Shown here: one piece after another, positions 63,605 through 64,000 of the stretch
How positions within the stretch are numbered: the first letter of the stretch is position 1
Layout: every line of letters begins with the position of its first letter
Origin: Thermoanaerobaculaceae bacterium
Lineage (GTDB): Bacteria; Acidobacteriota; Thermoanaerobaculia; Multivoradales; UBA5704
Length of the DNA stretch: 64,000 bases
NCBI GenBank assembly: GCA_963712665.1
Contig: CAVQIV010000022.1
Coordinates: 279,215-343,214 of the forward strand
Direction of reading: 5' to 3'
Program-made: the position numbers and the translations under genes
The notes under the pieces: generated by a model
Seen by the model: only the letters and a program-made list of their open reading frames with translations
Databases searched by the model: none
What the model was told of the DNA's origin: nothing

Positions 63605-63999
63605 GATGCTGCGTCCCCTTCGACCGTCCCCGGCCCCCGGTGCTCTTCGTCGCCCTGGTGCTCCTCCGGCGCCCAATCGCCCGGCCCCACTTCCGCGCAC
63701 ACGGCACCGCACCCGGGGCACGTCCAGCACGGCCGCCGCCGCACGGTCCGGAGCATCCGCCGGCCGCGCCGACGACACGCCGGGGAGACGCAAAGAGGCG
63801 TACGCCGGAAGCCCGGACCGGGGGGATCGGCCGCCAGCACCAGGGCGAGCGCTTCGGCCTTCCCCTCCCGGAGTTGCTCGACTTCGCCCGGTGTCAACTT
63901 GTCCGCCGGCTTGATGTAGAGAGTCCCGTCCTCCACTCGAAAGCGGAGCCCGCGGAGCCAAAGCGTGTCCAGCAGATCGGCGATGCCGGAGGAGTTCAT
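63601..63999 (-). CDS. Small protein with an N-terminal TubC_N-like docking-domain motif and a Cys-rich tail; the start is at the window edge
   Basis: The ATG is at 63999..63997. MNSSGIADLLDTLWLRGLRFRVEDGTLYIKPADKLTPGEVEQLREGKAEALALVL fits the LL..L...G..L.VEGD.L...AP.G.LTPEL...L...K.ELLALL pattern of NRPS N-terminal docking domains. The C-terminal part is Cys-rich (CVSPAC...CWTCPGCGAVC), and the stop overlaps the next start. The gene could extend beyond the window. Confidence 0.4.
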   Translation of the reverse strand: MNSSGIADLLDTLWLRGLRFRVEDGTLYIKPADKLTPGEVEQLREGKAEALALVLAADPPGPGFRRTPLCVSPACRRRGRRMLRTVRRRPCWTCPGCGAVCAEVGPGDWAPEEHQGDEEHRGPGTVEGDAAS

Positions 64000-64000
64000 A

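Overview
This is a high-GC (~70%) bacterial window. Nt 1-37075 on the minus strand is one very large, window-truncated lipopeptide-type NRPS locus. Its N-terminus is a fatty acyl-AMP ligase (FAAL)-ACP loading unit fused to a starter condensation (C) domain. At least 11 elongation modules follow, with adenylation (A) domain SGSTG cores near 33.1, 29.9, 26.8, 23.6, 21.7, 18.6, 15.4, 12.1, 9.0, 5.7 and 2.5 kb. The assembly line runs off the window at nt 1 inside a C domain, and no TE or E domain is visible. The NRPS is highly self-repetitive: module pairs 1/2, 5/6, 7/9 and the triplet 3/8/11 are near-duplicates. Module 5 has no C domain, with PCP4 fused directly to A5. A ~3 kb near-identical C-A-PCP block is repeated at 6.4 kb spacing, and the second copy is riddled with frame breaks. 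Frame breaks also interrupt the FAAL, smc, an ABC permease and a DoxX-like gene, so many breaks are probably indel or assembly artefacts rather than biology. Divergent from the NRPS are an ADOP/MacB-type duplicated-FtsX permease and a natural cytochrome P450::long-chain acyl-CoA synthetase fusion. Next come housekeeping genes: smc, DinB/YfiT-like, DUF1801, an FTCD-type cyclodeaminase, ackA, a Cys/Met PLP enzyme, a DoxX-like gene, DUF4339, a VOC protein, SulP and an HXXEE protein. A tRNA-Thr(CGU) lies at 59391-59465. Downstream of it is a lower-GC island that looks like a mobile-element remnant. It holds five tightly overlapping small ORFs including two tandem-paralog pairs, a Cys-rich mini-ORF bracketed by identical hairpins, a PDZ-less DegP-like serine protease, a Zn-ribbon protein and a TubC_N-like docking-domain mini-protein. 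A 9-10 bp GTCC-type tandem repeat family occurs once in frame inside an A domain and in two promoter regions. An AT-rich, repeat-laden 0.5 kb intergenic block with a sigma54-like element overlapping a 13 bp palindrome sits at 58.3-58.8 kb. A weak taxon guess is Acidobacteriota-like, from the ADOP permease plus GC content.
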